Positions 116,201-124,000 of a DNA stretch of 124,000 bases are shown one piece after another. The notes beneath the pieces are model-generated. The model worked only from the letters and a program-made list of their open reading frames with translations. It made no database searches and was not told the origin of the DNA. The stretch comes from Hyalangium minutum (GTDB lineage Bacteria > Myxococcota > Myxococcia > Myxococcales > Myxococcaceae), in the NCBI RefSeq assembly GCF_000737315.1, contig NZ_JMCB01000002.1:144001-268000 (forward strand), in the 5' to 3' direction. Position 1 is the first letter of the stretch. Each line of letters opens with the position of its first letter. Both the position numbers and the translations under genes were made by a program.

Positions 116201-116415
116201 CCGAGGGCATGGCGAAGCTGTGGGAGCAGGCGCTGGCGGCCTGCGAGAAGCGCGGAGAGCCGGTGACGGATGCCTACGGGCGCCGTCTGAAGCTGTCACG
116301 GCTGCCGCCCGAGCTGCTGGCCCTCACCGATCCCCGCATGGTGGTGGTGGGAGGGACGCGGCTGTCCGAAGACGTCGAGAACTGGGGCCAGTGGGTTGCC
116401 CGGGAGGCGCCATGA
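113278..116415 (+). CDS. MG2-domain alpha-2-macroglobulin-like protein (N-terminal half)
   Basis: VHVLTDRPLYEPGHRV, FRVEPFTLPRFRV, VGLFGVDEG. Confidence 0.85.
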   Translation: MNVRSRRRLIAGGICAVLAGVSLAVLSSQRCLSAWIFQGVKVRQCPDGRFRQTVGLQVDGLARERSGSVRAWALAHGVGKSYSQELLARMKPSKAELVLLDAAGQETPLKPEKDWKREDNGDLWAELKLPALPDGDYRLRARITTRLGTDTVETALPLYAPARVHVLTDRPLYEPGHRVQFRAVALRAKGLSPLDGRPGTWTVVDPNGDVVVEERSPAGPWGVVSGAFPLDRGAPTGTWTVRWLSGGTSGEASFRVEPFTLPRFRVEASSPQAFWRAGDAPVVEGQVLYSSGAPVAGAKVSLEWNHFGGWPPPTEWFDGGGLPVAAKADAAGRFRVTLPRVPQDLRGQVTLSASVAATDPAGDTVRGGVSLLLSEDALAVSAVTELESGLVENYSNRVFIRATTADGQALPGAELTVKRAWDPKDPGVKTVADEDGVASLQLDPGVAVNVVVPAMPVRRKPLPNPVELMGSSDLLSRDEEAGLGDQVALEKWLPAFFPCARFIVPDSADTDQQLSVRVSSSGAVVDVVGEQGRLSACLADAARTRTLPPGRERMLNLTLQLVDPQLPTLGVEMKAANDGPVDSRLYAALEEAARDARPCLPAKLSEASDVPATLRWRLRAGQKDVEVGWVPVEKQEGVPMLSSTVLSCLQARFSRLSLRDSSDEEVEASDEERAGGTKAQQDQMGVALLTAEPAEGDGGEARAQDTTRLGFELMVSAQVEGKDAGSTKLFLPPTRLPTQRLRATPALARAGEEVRVELLRGPGFSGSLPEKLWLSAGGERLESQVDSKSRVATFRLPEQFEGWAQVDWGTAVARIYVAPRAQLSVEVAPEKPSYAPGEVARLLLRTRVDGKDGPAAVGLFGVDEGLAQLASLPGPGVLGSLRPAPTLVSSAFGVLDGQALAMGRIRGANAVAATLLRVSSAPTVEESDPSLSLTAQAAFEPEAELTEPFYRVLAELTSQVRVWEEKAPEGETLSPEGMAKLWEQALAACEKRGEPVTDAYGRRLKLSRLPPELLALTDPRMVVVGGTRLSEDVENWGQWVAREAP

Positions 116416-118787
116416 AGCGCTCACTGTTGATGTTCATGGCTGGAGTTCTGTTCACCCTGTTCGCCCTGTTCACGCTGGTGTTGTTCGGGGACAGCATCCG
116501 CAGGCTCTTCGGCGCGTCCGCTTCCGCGTTGGCGGGCAACCAAGAGTCCTCCAGCTATTACTCCATGGCTCCGGCAGCTCCCTCGGCCCAGGCCGCGCCC
116601 GAGCCTGCTCCCGTCGAGGCGGAGATGGACGCGTTGGCGGGCGGCGGGGCCAGCAGCGAGCGCATGCGGGGCCTGTCGATGAAGCGCATGGAGACCATCC
116701 AGATCATCAAGGGCACCGGAGGCGCTGCGGCGAAGCCCAAGGTGGCCCTCGCCGAGGGTGGGGCGCAGGCCGAGGCCGCGGCCCCGAGCCGCGCCTGGTT
116801 CCCGGAGACGTTCCTCTTCGAGCCCCTCAAGGTGACGGACGAGTCCGGACAAGCGGTAGTGCCGGTAAAGGTGCCGGACCGGCTGACGCGGTGGCGGGTG
116901 CTGGCGCTGGCGCACTCGCGCTCGGGCGCGCAGGCCGGAGCGGTGACGAGCTTCTCGGGCACACTGCCCACGTATGTGGATCCGGTGGTGCCCGCCTTCC
117001 TGTTCACGGGGGATGCCGTGCGCCTGCCCGTGCAGGTGGTGAACACCACGGAGCAGGCGGTGGAGCAGCCGCTGAAGCTGGTGGCTGATGGCGCGGTGGT
117101 GGAGGGCGCCGCCACCCGCACCGTGCGGGTGCCCGCTCAGGGCAGCGTGGTGGAGTACGTGACGCTGAAGGCCACCCAGCCCGGCCCTGTCTCCTTGCAG
117201 GCCTCGCTGGGCACCACGGACGCCATCGTGCGCAGCTTCGATGTGAAGCCCACCGGCCGCCGGGTGGACCAGTCACGCGCGGGCTCGCTCGCGGCGCCGC
117301 GCACCCTGACGCTGGACGGTGTTGCCGACGCGCAGGCGGGCAGTGAGCGGGTGCGGCTGCAGGTGTTCCCGGGGGCTCTGGGCATGCTGCGCGCGGAGCT
117401 CTCCGCGGCGCCTGGGCGCTGGGGACTGGCGGAGGATGCGTATGCGCTGCTCTTGGCGGGCCGCGCGCCCGAGCTGCTGAAGTCGCTCGGGGAGACGGCG
117501 GATGCCGAGGCCCTCAAGGCCATGGCCTCCTTGTCCGGTCAGCGGGTGCTGCGAGCGGCCCGGGCACCGGATGTGCCCACTGCGGCCCTGCTGGCCCAGG
117601 CTGCACTGCAGCACCCGGACAACCCGGTGCTGTCCCGCCTGGGGGAGCGCCTGTCCGCGCAGGTGGCCAACGCCCAGCGTCCGGATGGCACGTGCCAGGG
117701 CGGGGACGGGTGGACGCTGCAGCGGTTACTCGTGGCCACCGCAGATTGTGCGCAGGCCGTGCGCGCGGGCGCCTCTCTCTCGGTGCCGGGCAAGCAGCGG
117801 GCTGCGGCCTTCTCCGCGCGCGCCATGGGGGCTTTCGAGCGCAACCTCTCGCGCGTGCAGGACGGCTACACCGCGGCGGCCATCCTGGCCAGCGGCGGGG
117901 TGACGGGCTCGCTCCAGGAGGCGTTGCGGGCCAAGGTGCGCGAGTCCTTGAAGAAGCGAGACGACGGCGCCGCATACCTGCCGGTGGAGCAGGGCGTGGT
118001 GCGCGCGGACGGAACGGTGCCGGGGGAGGCTGAAGCGACGGCGCTGGCAGTGCTCGCGCTCACGGGAGACAAGGCGGCGCCAATGGCGGACCTGGGCACC
118101 TCGCTGCTGGCCAGCTACCAGCCGGGGTGGGGCTGGGGGGATGGGCGCACCAACCTCCTGAGCCTCCAGGCCGCGATGGTGCTCTTCTCCGAGCCGCTGC
118201 CCTCACAGGTGCGCGTGGTGCTCGAGCGTGACGGGAAGACGGTGACCGAGGGCACCTTCGACGCCAAGGCCCTGCGGGACGTGCTCTCGATGGAGGCGGC
118301 GGCGATGGGCTCGGCAGGGACGCACACGTGGACGGTGCGCGCGGAGCCGGCGGTGCCTGGCCTGGGCTACTCGCTCACGTTGAGCGCGTACGTGCCGTGG
118401 AAGGCCGAGAAGGGCCAGGGACTGGAGCTGGCGGTGAAGGCGCCCGCCGAGGGCAAGGTGGGGATGCCGGCCGAGGTGACAGTGCAGGCGGCCTCTCCGG
118501 CGGGCATGGCACTCCAACTGCGCTACGCGTTGCCCGCGGGGGTCCAGGTGGACACTCCGAGCCTCGAGCGGCTCGTGGCCGAGCGGAAGGTGACGAAGTA
118601 CGAGGTGGAGGATGGGGCGCTCACGCTCACCCTGCCACCGCGCGGCGCGGGCGAGCCCTTCCAGGCCAGCTTCCGCGTGGTGCCGACGCTGGCGGGGACG
118701 CTTCAGGGAGGGGCCTCCAGCCTCTTCCCCGAGGGGCGGCAGGATCTCGTCTCGTACGTCCCGCCCGCTCAGTGGACGGTGCGCTGA
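116412..118787 (+). CDS. Alpha-2-macroglobulin-like protein (C-terminal half)
   Basis: RAWFPETFLF, KVPDRLTRWRVLALA; helical TED-like region; no CxEQ seen; ATGA overlap. Confidence 0.8.
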   Translation: MKRSLLMFMAGVLFTLFALFTLVLFGDSIRRLFGASASALAGNQESSSYYSMAPAAPSAQAAPEPAPVEAEMDALAGGGASSERMRGLSMKRMETIQIIKGTGGAAAKPKVALAEGGAQAEAAAPSRAWFPETFLFEPLKVTDESGQAVVPVKVPDRLTRWRVLALAHSRSGAQAGAVTSFSGTLPTYVDPVVPAFLFTGDAVRLPVQVVNTTEQAVEQPLKLVADGAVVEGAATRTVRVPAQGSVVEYVTLKATQPGPVSLQASLGTTDAIVRSFDVKPTGRRVDQSRAGSLAAPRTLTLDGVADAQAGSERVRLQVFPGALGMLRAELSAAPGRWGLAEDAYALLLAGRAPELLKSLGETADAEALKAMASLSGQRVLRAARAPDVPTAALLAQAALQHPDNPVLSRLGERLSAQVANAQRPDGTCQGGDGWTLQRLLVATADCAQAVRAGASLSVPGKQRAAAFSARAMGAFERNLSRVQDGYTAAAILASGGVTGSLQEALRAKVRESLKKRDDGAAYLPVEQGVVRADGTVPGEAEATALAVLALTGDKAAPMADLGTSLLASYQPGWGWGDGRTNLLSLQAAMVLFSEPLPSQVRVVLERDGKTVTEGTFDAKALRDVLSMEAAAMGSAGTHTWTVRAEPAVPGLGYSLTLSAYVPWKAEKGQGLELAVKAPAEGKVGMPAEVTVQAASPAGMALQLRYALPAGVQVDTPSLERLVAERKVTKYEVEDGALTLTLPPRGAGEPFQASFRVVPTLAGTLQGGASSLFPEGRQDLVSYVPPAQWTVR

Positions 118788-118850
118788 GCGCAACTTTCCC
118801 AGGGCAGCCGTGTTTCACCCGGAAGACCCATTTTTCATGGAGCATTCCGG

Positions 118851-119975
118851 ATGGACCGAGCGATGTGGAAGGCCGTGGTGTTCGCGGGAGTCGTGGGGCT
118901 GAGCCTGACGGCGGGGGCGCAGCCTGTGGATGAGCAGGTGAGCGCAGGCTTGGAGTTTCTCGATCCTGAGTTCCGAGGGCTGTCGGCGACGTACCAGGAC
119001 AACAACCGGTGGATATGGCAGGCGCCCGTGGATCCGGTGACGGGAGTCATCCTCTCGTCTCAGCGCCAGCTCATCGACGGCCAGGCCACGTCCCTGCTCG
119101 AGTCCTTCCAGGGGCCCGAGTGGGTCCGAGGCAGCGACCGCATCCTTTATACGAAGACGGTCGACTCCGTTCCCAACCTCTGGATCAAGCGCCCCGGCAT
119201 GTCCCCCGCGCAGATCACCGCGCCGCCTGCGGCTCGCTATCTGCTCACGGGCATCCTCACGTCCCGGGGCACCGTGAAGGTGGTGTACCGCCGCAAGGAG
119301 ACGCTGGCCGGCGGTGGGCTCTCCCAGGGCGTGTACTGGCTGGACACCGCCACGCCTTCGGTCGAGCACCTGCTGCCCGGCGCGGACTTGGGCGTGGCGC
119401 CCGTGAGCTGGATTCCGGGTACTGAGGACCTCGTGTACACCCAGCAGCACGACATGGATCCGGGGCCGAGGGAACAGTGGGTGTCCCAGCTTGTTCGCCT
119501 GTCGACCGCGACGGGGGCCATCACCGTGCTCACGAGTGATTTGGACGCGAAAGAGGACTCCTTCGCGTTCCAGGCGCCGGAGGCGCAGCAGGCGCTGCGC
119601 TATGCGACGGTGGTGAATGGCGGCACCCTGCGAATCTATGGAGAAAGCGCTGCGGCGTGGGTCGACCTGCAGCCCCCATCGCAGCTGGGGTTCATGTACT
119701 CGCCCGAGGTGTTCCAGGCCCGCGACAGCCAGGGCACGGTGCGGACCTATTTCGTGGTGGTGATGCGCGCCAGCACCAACCCAGGGGACGTGGGAGAGGT
119801 GTGGGTGCTTGGCCTGAACGGCAGCGCGCTCCGGGTGGATGGCGGCACCGCGAGCCAGCCGCGCCAGCCGGCGGATCCGGAGGTCATCGCGGGTAGCAGC
119901 GAGATCTTCGTGTACTACAACAACTCGGCGAACCTGGCGCTGTGGCGGAGCCGCACGGGCCTGGCCGTGCCCTGA
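118851..119975 (+). CDS. Secreted hypothetical protein (possible beta-propeller)
   Basis: Signal peptide; repeated beta motifs (GPEW, PVSWIP, SPEVF, DPEV). Confidence 0.7.
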   Translation: MDRAMWKAVVFAGVVGLSLTAGAQPVDEQVSAGLEFLDPEFRGLSATYQDNNRWIWQAPVDPVTGVILSSQRQLIDGQATSLLESFQGPEWVRGSDRILYTKTVDSVPNLWIKRPGMSPAQITAPPAARYLLTGILTSRGTVKVVYRRKETLAGGGLSQGVYWLDTATPSVEHLLPGADLGVAPVSWIPGTEDLVYTQQHDMDPGPREQWVSQLVRLSTATGAITVLTSDLDAKEDSFAFQAPEAQQALRYATVVNGGTLRIYGESAAAWVDLQPPSQLGFMYSPEVFQARDSQGTVRTYFVVVMRASTNPGDVGEVWVLGLNGSALRVDGGTASQPRQPADPEVIAGSSEIFVYYNNSANLALWRSRTGLAVP

Positions 119976-119993
119976 GCGGCGCCTCGTCTCTTC

Positions 119994-120779
119994 TCAGCGC
120001 CCCATCAACCACTGGAGCAGCGCTTGAGGGGCATCCACGTGGACGAAGTGGCCGGCCTCCGGAAGCAGGGCCACGGGGCAGCCGGCCGCCTCCATGCGAG
120101 CCGCGTCCGCGTCCGTCACATACCGGGAGCGCCCTCCGCGAATGCAGCGCACCTTCGCGCCTGGGCGCTCCACCGCTGCCCACAGGTTCGTCCCGTTCAC
120201 CCGGCCGTGCAGCTCCGCCAGCGCCTGCCGGTCAAAGCGCCAGCGCACCCCTCCCTCCGGCGTGGAGACGAGGTTCATCACCAGCCAGTCCGCCAGCGGC
120301 TCCGAGAGGCCCTGGCCCGTCAACGCCGCGCGTATCTCCCGGCGGTTGGCGGCGGTCTCGGGCGCCTGGAGCAACACGTTCAGCACCATTCCGCTCTCCG
120401 AGAGGTCCACGGGCACGGGGCTCGGCGAGATGTCGAGCAGCGTCACGCTGGCCACATCCGAGGGTGAGGCGAGGCTGGCCGCGAGCGACACCCGGCCCCC
120501 CAGCGAGTGGCCCACGAGCTCCAGCGGTCCGGTGAGGCCCTTGGCGCGCGCCGTCTCCACCACGTCCCGCGCCATCGTCGTCAGGTCCGTCCCCGGGGGC
120601 ATGGGCAGCGAGCCGCCATGGCCCGTCAGGTCCGGCATCAGGAAGCGCCGGCTCGGATCGGCCGCGCTCCACGCGTTGGCCAGCGAGCGCAGGTTGCGCC
120701 CCGAGCCCAGGAAGCCATGCAGCAGGACGGTGGGCACTTCTCCCTCGCCCAGTTGGAGACTCTCGAGAACCACACGCAC
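119994..120779 (-). CDS. Alpha/beta hydrolase (YbfF-like esterase)
   Basis: LHGFLGS, GHSLGG, AGHFVH. Confidence 0.92.
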   Translation of the reverse strand: MRVVLESLQLGEGEVPTVLLHGFLGSGRNLRSLANAWSAADPSRRFLMPDLTGHGGSLPMPPGTDLTTMARDVVETARAKGLTGPLELVGHSLGGRVSLAASLASPSDVASVTLLDISPSPVPVDLSESGMVLNVLLQAPETAANRREIRAALTGQGLSEPLADWLVMNLVSTPEGGVRWRFDRQALAELHGRVNGTNLWAAVERPGAKVRCIRGGRSRYVTDADAARMEAAGCPVALLPEAGHFVHVDAPQALLQWLMGR

Positions 120780-120862
120780 TCCCTTTCCAGGCCGTGCGCC
120801 TTGACCTGGGCGCGAGCCATCGCGCTTCATACCGCGAACGACCTCGACCTCGGAGCCACTCC

Positions 120863-121378
120863 GTGCCCTTTGCTTCGCTGCTGTGTCTCGTGCTCGCCGC
120901 TTCGCCTGCTGCCTCGGATAAGGCGGACCCTCGCCCCGCCATCGCCGCCGTGCTGGATGACTGGCACAAGGCGGCCGCCGAGGCGGACGAGGCTCGCTAC
121001 TTCGGCCACTTCACCGCCGACGGCGTCTTCCTGGGCACGGATGCCACCGAGCGGTGGACCCGCGATGCGTTCCGCGCCTGGGCCAAGCCCTTCTTCGCCC
121101 GGGGCAAGGCGTGGAGCTTCCGGTCTGTGTCGCGCAACATCGCGTTGTCCAAGGATGGCACTGTGGCGTGGTTCGACGAGGCGCTCGACACCCCGAACAT
121201 GGGACCGTGCCGTGGCTCGGGTGTCCGCGTGAAGGAGGGAGGGGACTGGAAGATCGCCCAGTACAACCTCTCCGTTCCCATCCCCAATGCGCTGCTGCCC
121301 GAGTTCAAGAAGCAGATCGAGGCGCACCTCAAGCAGCCTCCGGCGCCCGCCAAGAGCGAGCCCGCTCCGAAGAAGTAG
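120863..121378 (+). CDS. NTF2/SnoaL-like family protein
   Basis: LDDWHKAAA, FLGTDATERW, WFDEAL, WKIAQYNLS. Confidence 0.88.
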   Translation: MPFASLLCLVLAASPAASDKADPRPAIAAVLDDWHKAAAEADEARYFGHFTADGVFLGTDATERWTRDAFRAWAKPFFARGKAWSFRSVSRNIALSKDGTVAWFDEALDTPNMGPCRGSGVRVKEGGDWKIAQYNLSVPIPNALLPEFKKQIEAHLKQPPAPAKSEPAPKK

Positions 121379-121399
121379 CCAGTTCCAGCCTGAGCGAGG

Positions 121400-122752
121400 C
121401 TACAGGCCGAACGGATAGGTGTCGGGCGCGTCCTCCTCCTCGTGCCCGGCGTTCGCGTCCAGCGGGTGGACCGCGAACGTCTCGTCATAGTGGACCACCG
121501 CGTCGAACTGCGCGGGGAGGTCCGCCAGGAAGTAATGGCTCCAGCGCTCCGTGCGCGGCGCATACACCACGCCAATGGCCCGCTCCAGCCGACGCTCGCG
121601 CAGGCCCGAAGCCGCCTCGCCCAGGTCCTCCATTCGCAGCAGGAACCGAGGCAGCTCCACCTCATGGAAGAGGTGCTCGTAGCTGCCCGGGATCGCGGCG
121701 CGGATGCGGCGGCGCAGCCCTGGGCCATCCCACTCCTTGGCCGCGATCACCGTGCCCGTGTACGTGGTGAAGCCCACGCTGTAGACGGCCTTCGCGTGCC
121801 GCTCGCGCAGGAGCTGCCCCAGGTTCAGCTCGCCCTGATCCCCGAGCTGCGTGGCCCGCGCATCTCCCAGGTGCGAGTTGTGCGCCCAGATCACCATCCG
121901 CGCGGGCTGGCCCGCCTTGCGCGTCAGGTGCGCCGCCAGCGCGTCCGCTGTGTCCGCCATGTGCGTATCACGCAGGTTCCAGCTGTCGTTCCGGCCCGCG
122001 TACATCGTCCGGTAGTAGGCCTCCGCGTCCTGGGCCAGCCGCGCGTTCTGCTCGGCGAAGAACCGGGCGTCCTCTTCCCGTGCACCCTGGGCCGTGCGGC
122101 GCTGCAGCTCCAGCAGCTGCTCCACCACCGCGTCCTCGCACGTGGCCGAGTAGCCGTACGCCGTGGCGTGTCCGTAGCTCTGCGGATCCGTGCCGAACTG
122201 CTCGAAGCACCCGTACCGCTCACGCGCCCGCTGCGCCGCTTGGGGATCCACCTTCTCCAGGTAGTCCACCACGGCGCGCATCGAGGCGTGCAGGCTGTAG
122301 AGGTCCAACCCGTAGAAGCCGGCTCGCTGCTCCGGAGGCCTCGCCGCGTTGTGCGCACGCATCCAGCGCACCAGCTCCGCCACCTCCTGGTTGCGCCACA
122401 TCCACCGGGGGAAGCGCTCGAAGTTCCCCAGCGCGGACGCTGCCTCCGTGTCGGTTCCCTCGCCCTGGATGAAGGCGTTCACGCGGAGGGCGTCCGGCCA
122501 ATCCGCCTCCACCGCTACCGCCGTGAAGCCCTGCTCGGAGATCAGCCGCCGGGTGAGCGCCGCTCGCAGTGCATAGAACTCATGGGTGCCGTGGGTCGCC
122601 TCGCCCAGCAAGACCAGGCGGGCGTCGCCGATGCCCTCGATCAAGGCATCCAGATCCGAGGCCGTGCCCGTGAGTGGCACGGCGGCTGACTTCACTCCGT
122701 CCAGCAGGGCGGAAGAGATGTCCGGTGTGTCGTCATCGAAAAAGGGGGCCAT
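121400..122752 (-). CDS. Erythromycin esterase family protein
   Basis: LLGEATHGT, VAVEADWPD, WNLRD, WAHNSHLGDA. Confidence 0.93.
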   Translation of the reverse strand: MAPFFDDDTPDISSALLDGVKSAAVPLTGTASDLDALIEGIGDARLVLLGEATHGTHEFYALRAALTRRLISEQGFTAVAVEADWPDALRVNAFIQGEGTDTEAASALGNFERFPRWMWRNQEVAELVRWMRAHNAARPPEQRAGFYGLDLYSLHASMRAVVDYLEKVDPQAAQRARERYGCFEQFGTDPQSYGHATAYGYSATCEDAVVEQLLELQRRTAQGAREEDARFFAEQNARLAQDAEAYYRTMYAGRNDSWNLRDTHMADTADALAAHLTRKAGQPARMVIWAHNSHLGDARATQLGDQGELNLGQLLRERHAKAVYSVGFTTYTGTVIAAKEWDGPGLRRRIRAAIPGSYEHLFHEVELPRFLLRMEDLGEAASGLRERRLERAIGVVYAPRTERWSHYFLADLPAQFDAVVHYDETFAVHPLDANAGHEEEDAPDTYPFGL

Positions 122753-123087
122753 ACCCTGAAGGTGGGCAGGTGCACGGGGACTGCCCAGCCATGCACCGGC
122801 TGTGGGCGAGCAGGCGAGGGGCGGCTCGCGCCCGTGGGCAGGAGCCATGGATGTCGGACCGAGCCGCTACCCTGCTGTTCATGCGGGAGCACTCCTCGAG
122901 CGTGAACGTGTTGGGTTTCCATCACCCGGCCGATGAACCCGCTGGTCACCTCTGGGGTGGGTGCCCATCGTCGCCATCACTCGGGTCAGCCACGGCAAGG
123001 CAATGGGGAACAGGCCGCCCCTCCTGGACGCTCGCTCGGAGCGAGAGAGGAGGGGGCCGGGCCGTGGGGTGGTGGAGGAGCAGGCAG

Positions 123088-123636
123088 ATGGGGCGAGACT
123101 TCTGGGTGGTAGGGGCGCGGTGGCTGATTCTTGCGGCAATGCTCGCGGCGGGGTTGTCCGAGGCCCGTGAAGTGGCTGGCGTGAGGATGGACGACACGCT
123201 GGAGCTGCAAGGCCGCAGGCTGGCGCTCGCGCACATGGCGCTCAAGGAGAAGCTCTTCTTCAACATCTACGTGTGGGGGCTCTATATGGAGCAGATCCCC
123301 CGCGTGGAGGCCGAGGCCATCGCCACCAACTCGGTGAAGCGGCTGCACTTCCGCTTCCTGCGGAAGATCCGCCGGGAGCAGCTCGTGGGGGCCTTCCGGC
123401 AGGGGATTGCCACCAACGCCAGCATGCTCTCGGAGCCCATGCAGCAGGGGATGGAGACGCTGCTGCAGTCCTTCAAGGACGTGAGCAAGGGGGACAACCT
123501 CATCCTCACGTATGATCCCAACGCTGGGCTGCTGGTGTCCGGCGAGGCCTCGGGGGGCGTGCTCATTCCGGGCAAGGGCTTCGCGGACGCGCTGTTCTCG
123601 GCGTGGCTGCAGAAGCACCCGGTGTTCCCGCGCTGA
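123088..123636 (+). CDS. Chalcone-isomerase-like secreted protein
   Basis: REVAGV, FNIYVWGLY, FADALFSAWL. Confidence 0.85.
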   Translation: MGRDFWVVGARWLILAAMLAAGLSEAREVAGVRMDDTLELQGRRLALAHMALKEKLFFNIYVWGLYMEQIPRVEAEAIATNSVKRLHFRFLRKIRREQLVGAFRQGIATNASMLSEPMQQGMETLLQSFKDVSKGDNLILTYDPNAGLLVSGEASGGVLIPGKGFADALFSAWLQKHPVFPR

Positions 123637-123642
123637 GGTCGG

Positions 123643-124000
123643 CTACTTCTTCCGGAGCACGAAGGTCGTGAGCGGCTTGATGCCGTTCTGCTGCGCGAAG
123701 TGGCCCTGGTTGATGGCGAAGGCCACGCGTCCGCGCGAGTCCACGTACATCAACGGCTTGCCCAGCGGCACGTCGCTGAAGGTGGCGGCGAAGGGCAGGC
123801 GCAGCTCGCGGCCCTTGCCGAAGGTGACGCGCGCCGTGTCGCCGCGCTGGTAGCCCAGCTTCGCCAGCAGGGCGCCGTCCGCGTTGGTGACGAGGTTGCC
123901 GTACGGATGCTCGATGGCGAGCACCGTGCCGTTGAGCGCCGTGTCCGTCAGCTTCGCCTCGGGGATTTCAAGGCGCTTCCACTCGGTGAGCACCGGGCCC
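123643..124000 (-). CDS. SAM hydrolase/halogenase (DUF62) family, C-terminal part (partial)
   Basis: IEHPYGNLVTN, TFSDVPLG, YVDSRG...AINQG; runs off the window end. Confidence 0.85.
   Translation of the reverse strand, partial: GPVLTEWKRLEIPEAKLTDTALNGTVLAIEHPYGNLVTNADGALLAKLGYQRGDTARVTFGKGRELRLPFAATFSDVPLGKPLMYVDSRGRVAFAINQGHFAQQNGIKPLTTFVLRKK

Noticed and set aside
121400-122752. Erythromycin esterase as a resistance gene
   Set aside because: The family is widespread and mostly of unknown substrate; no mobile context
122846-123087. Short ORFs upstream of the chalcone-isomerase-like gene
   Set aside because: No RBS, motif or coding-like composition

Overview
High-GC myxobacterial chromosomal window (Myxococcales, inferred from SitAI toxin loci, a MYXO-CTERM protein, DUF2381/kinase cassettes and many Ser/Thr kinases). 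In order: two SitA6/SitI6-type toxin-immunity pairs flanking a kinase/DUF2381 cassette; a kinase-TPR plus sigma54 activator module; gyrA; a urease operon whose subunits look eukaryote-like (ureD-ureAB-ureC-ureF-ureG, no ureE); MerR plus VIT-vWA; treT-nfeD-slipin; nhaR; tRNA-Phe; a SWIM/SNF2 operon; an M16 peptidase pair; an M4 protease; a PAS kinase/response regulator cluster; a T6SS locus (tssJKLM-BC-hcp-EFG, vgrG, Rhs toxin plus immunity; no tssA or clpV in the window) set divergently from an OmpA/TSP3 protein, a giant Ig-repeat MYXO-CTERM adhesin and a kinase; then accessory genes including an APCDD1-like lipoprotein, a lipoprotein-pilin fusion and a split alpha-2-macroglobulin-like pair. 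Best candidate for an undescribed system: a three-gene cassette just downstream of tRNA-Phe (38195-40862, minus strand) with an M50-type membrane protease, an LpxL-like acyltransferase with a C-terminal PqqD/RRE-like domain, and a 57-aa Cys-rich precursor-like peptide missing from the ORF track. I read it as a putative acylated (lipo)RiPP. All family calls are by eye from motifs; no database searches were run. No CRISPR array, rRNA, IS element or integrase was recognised.
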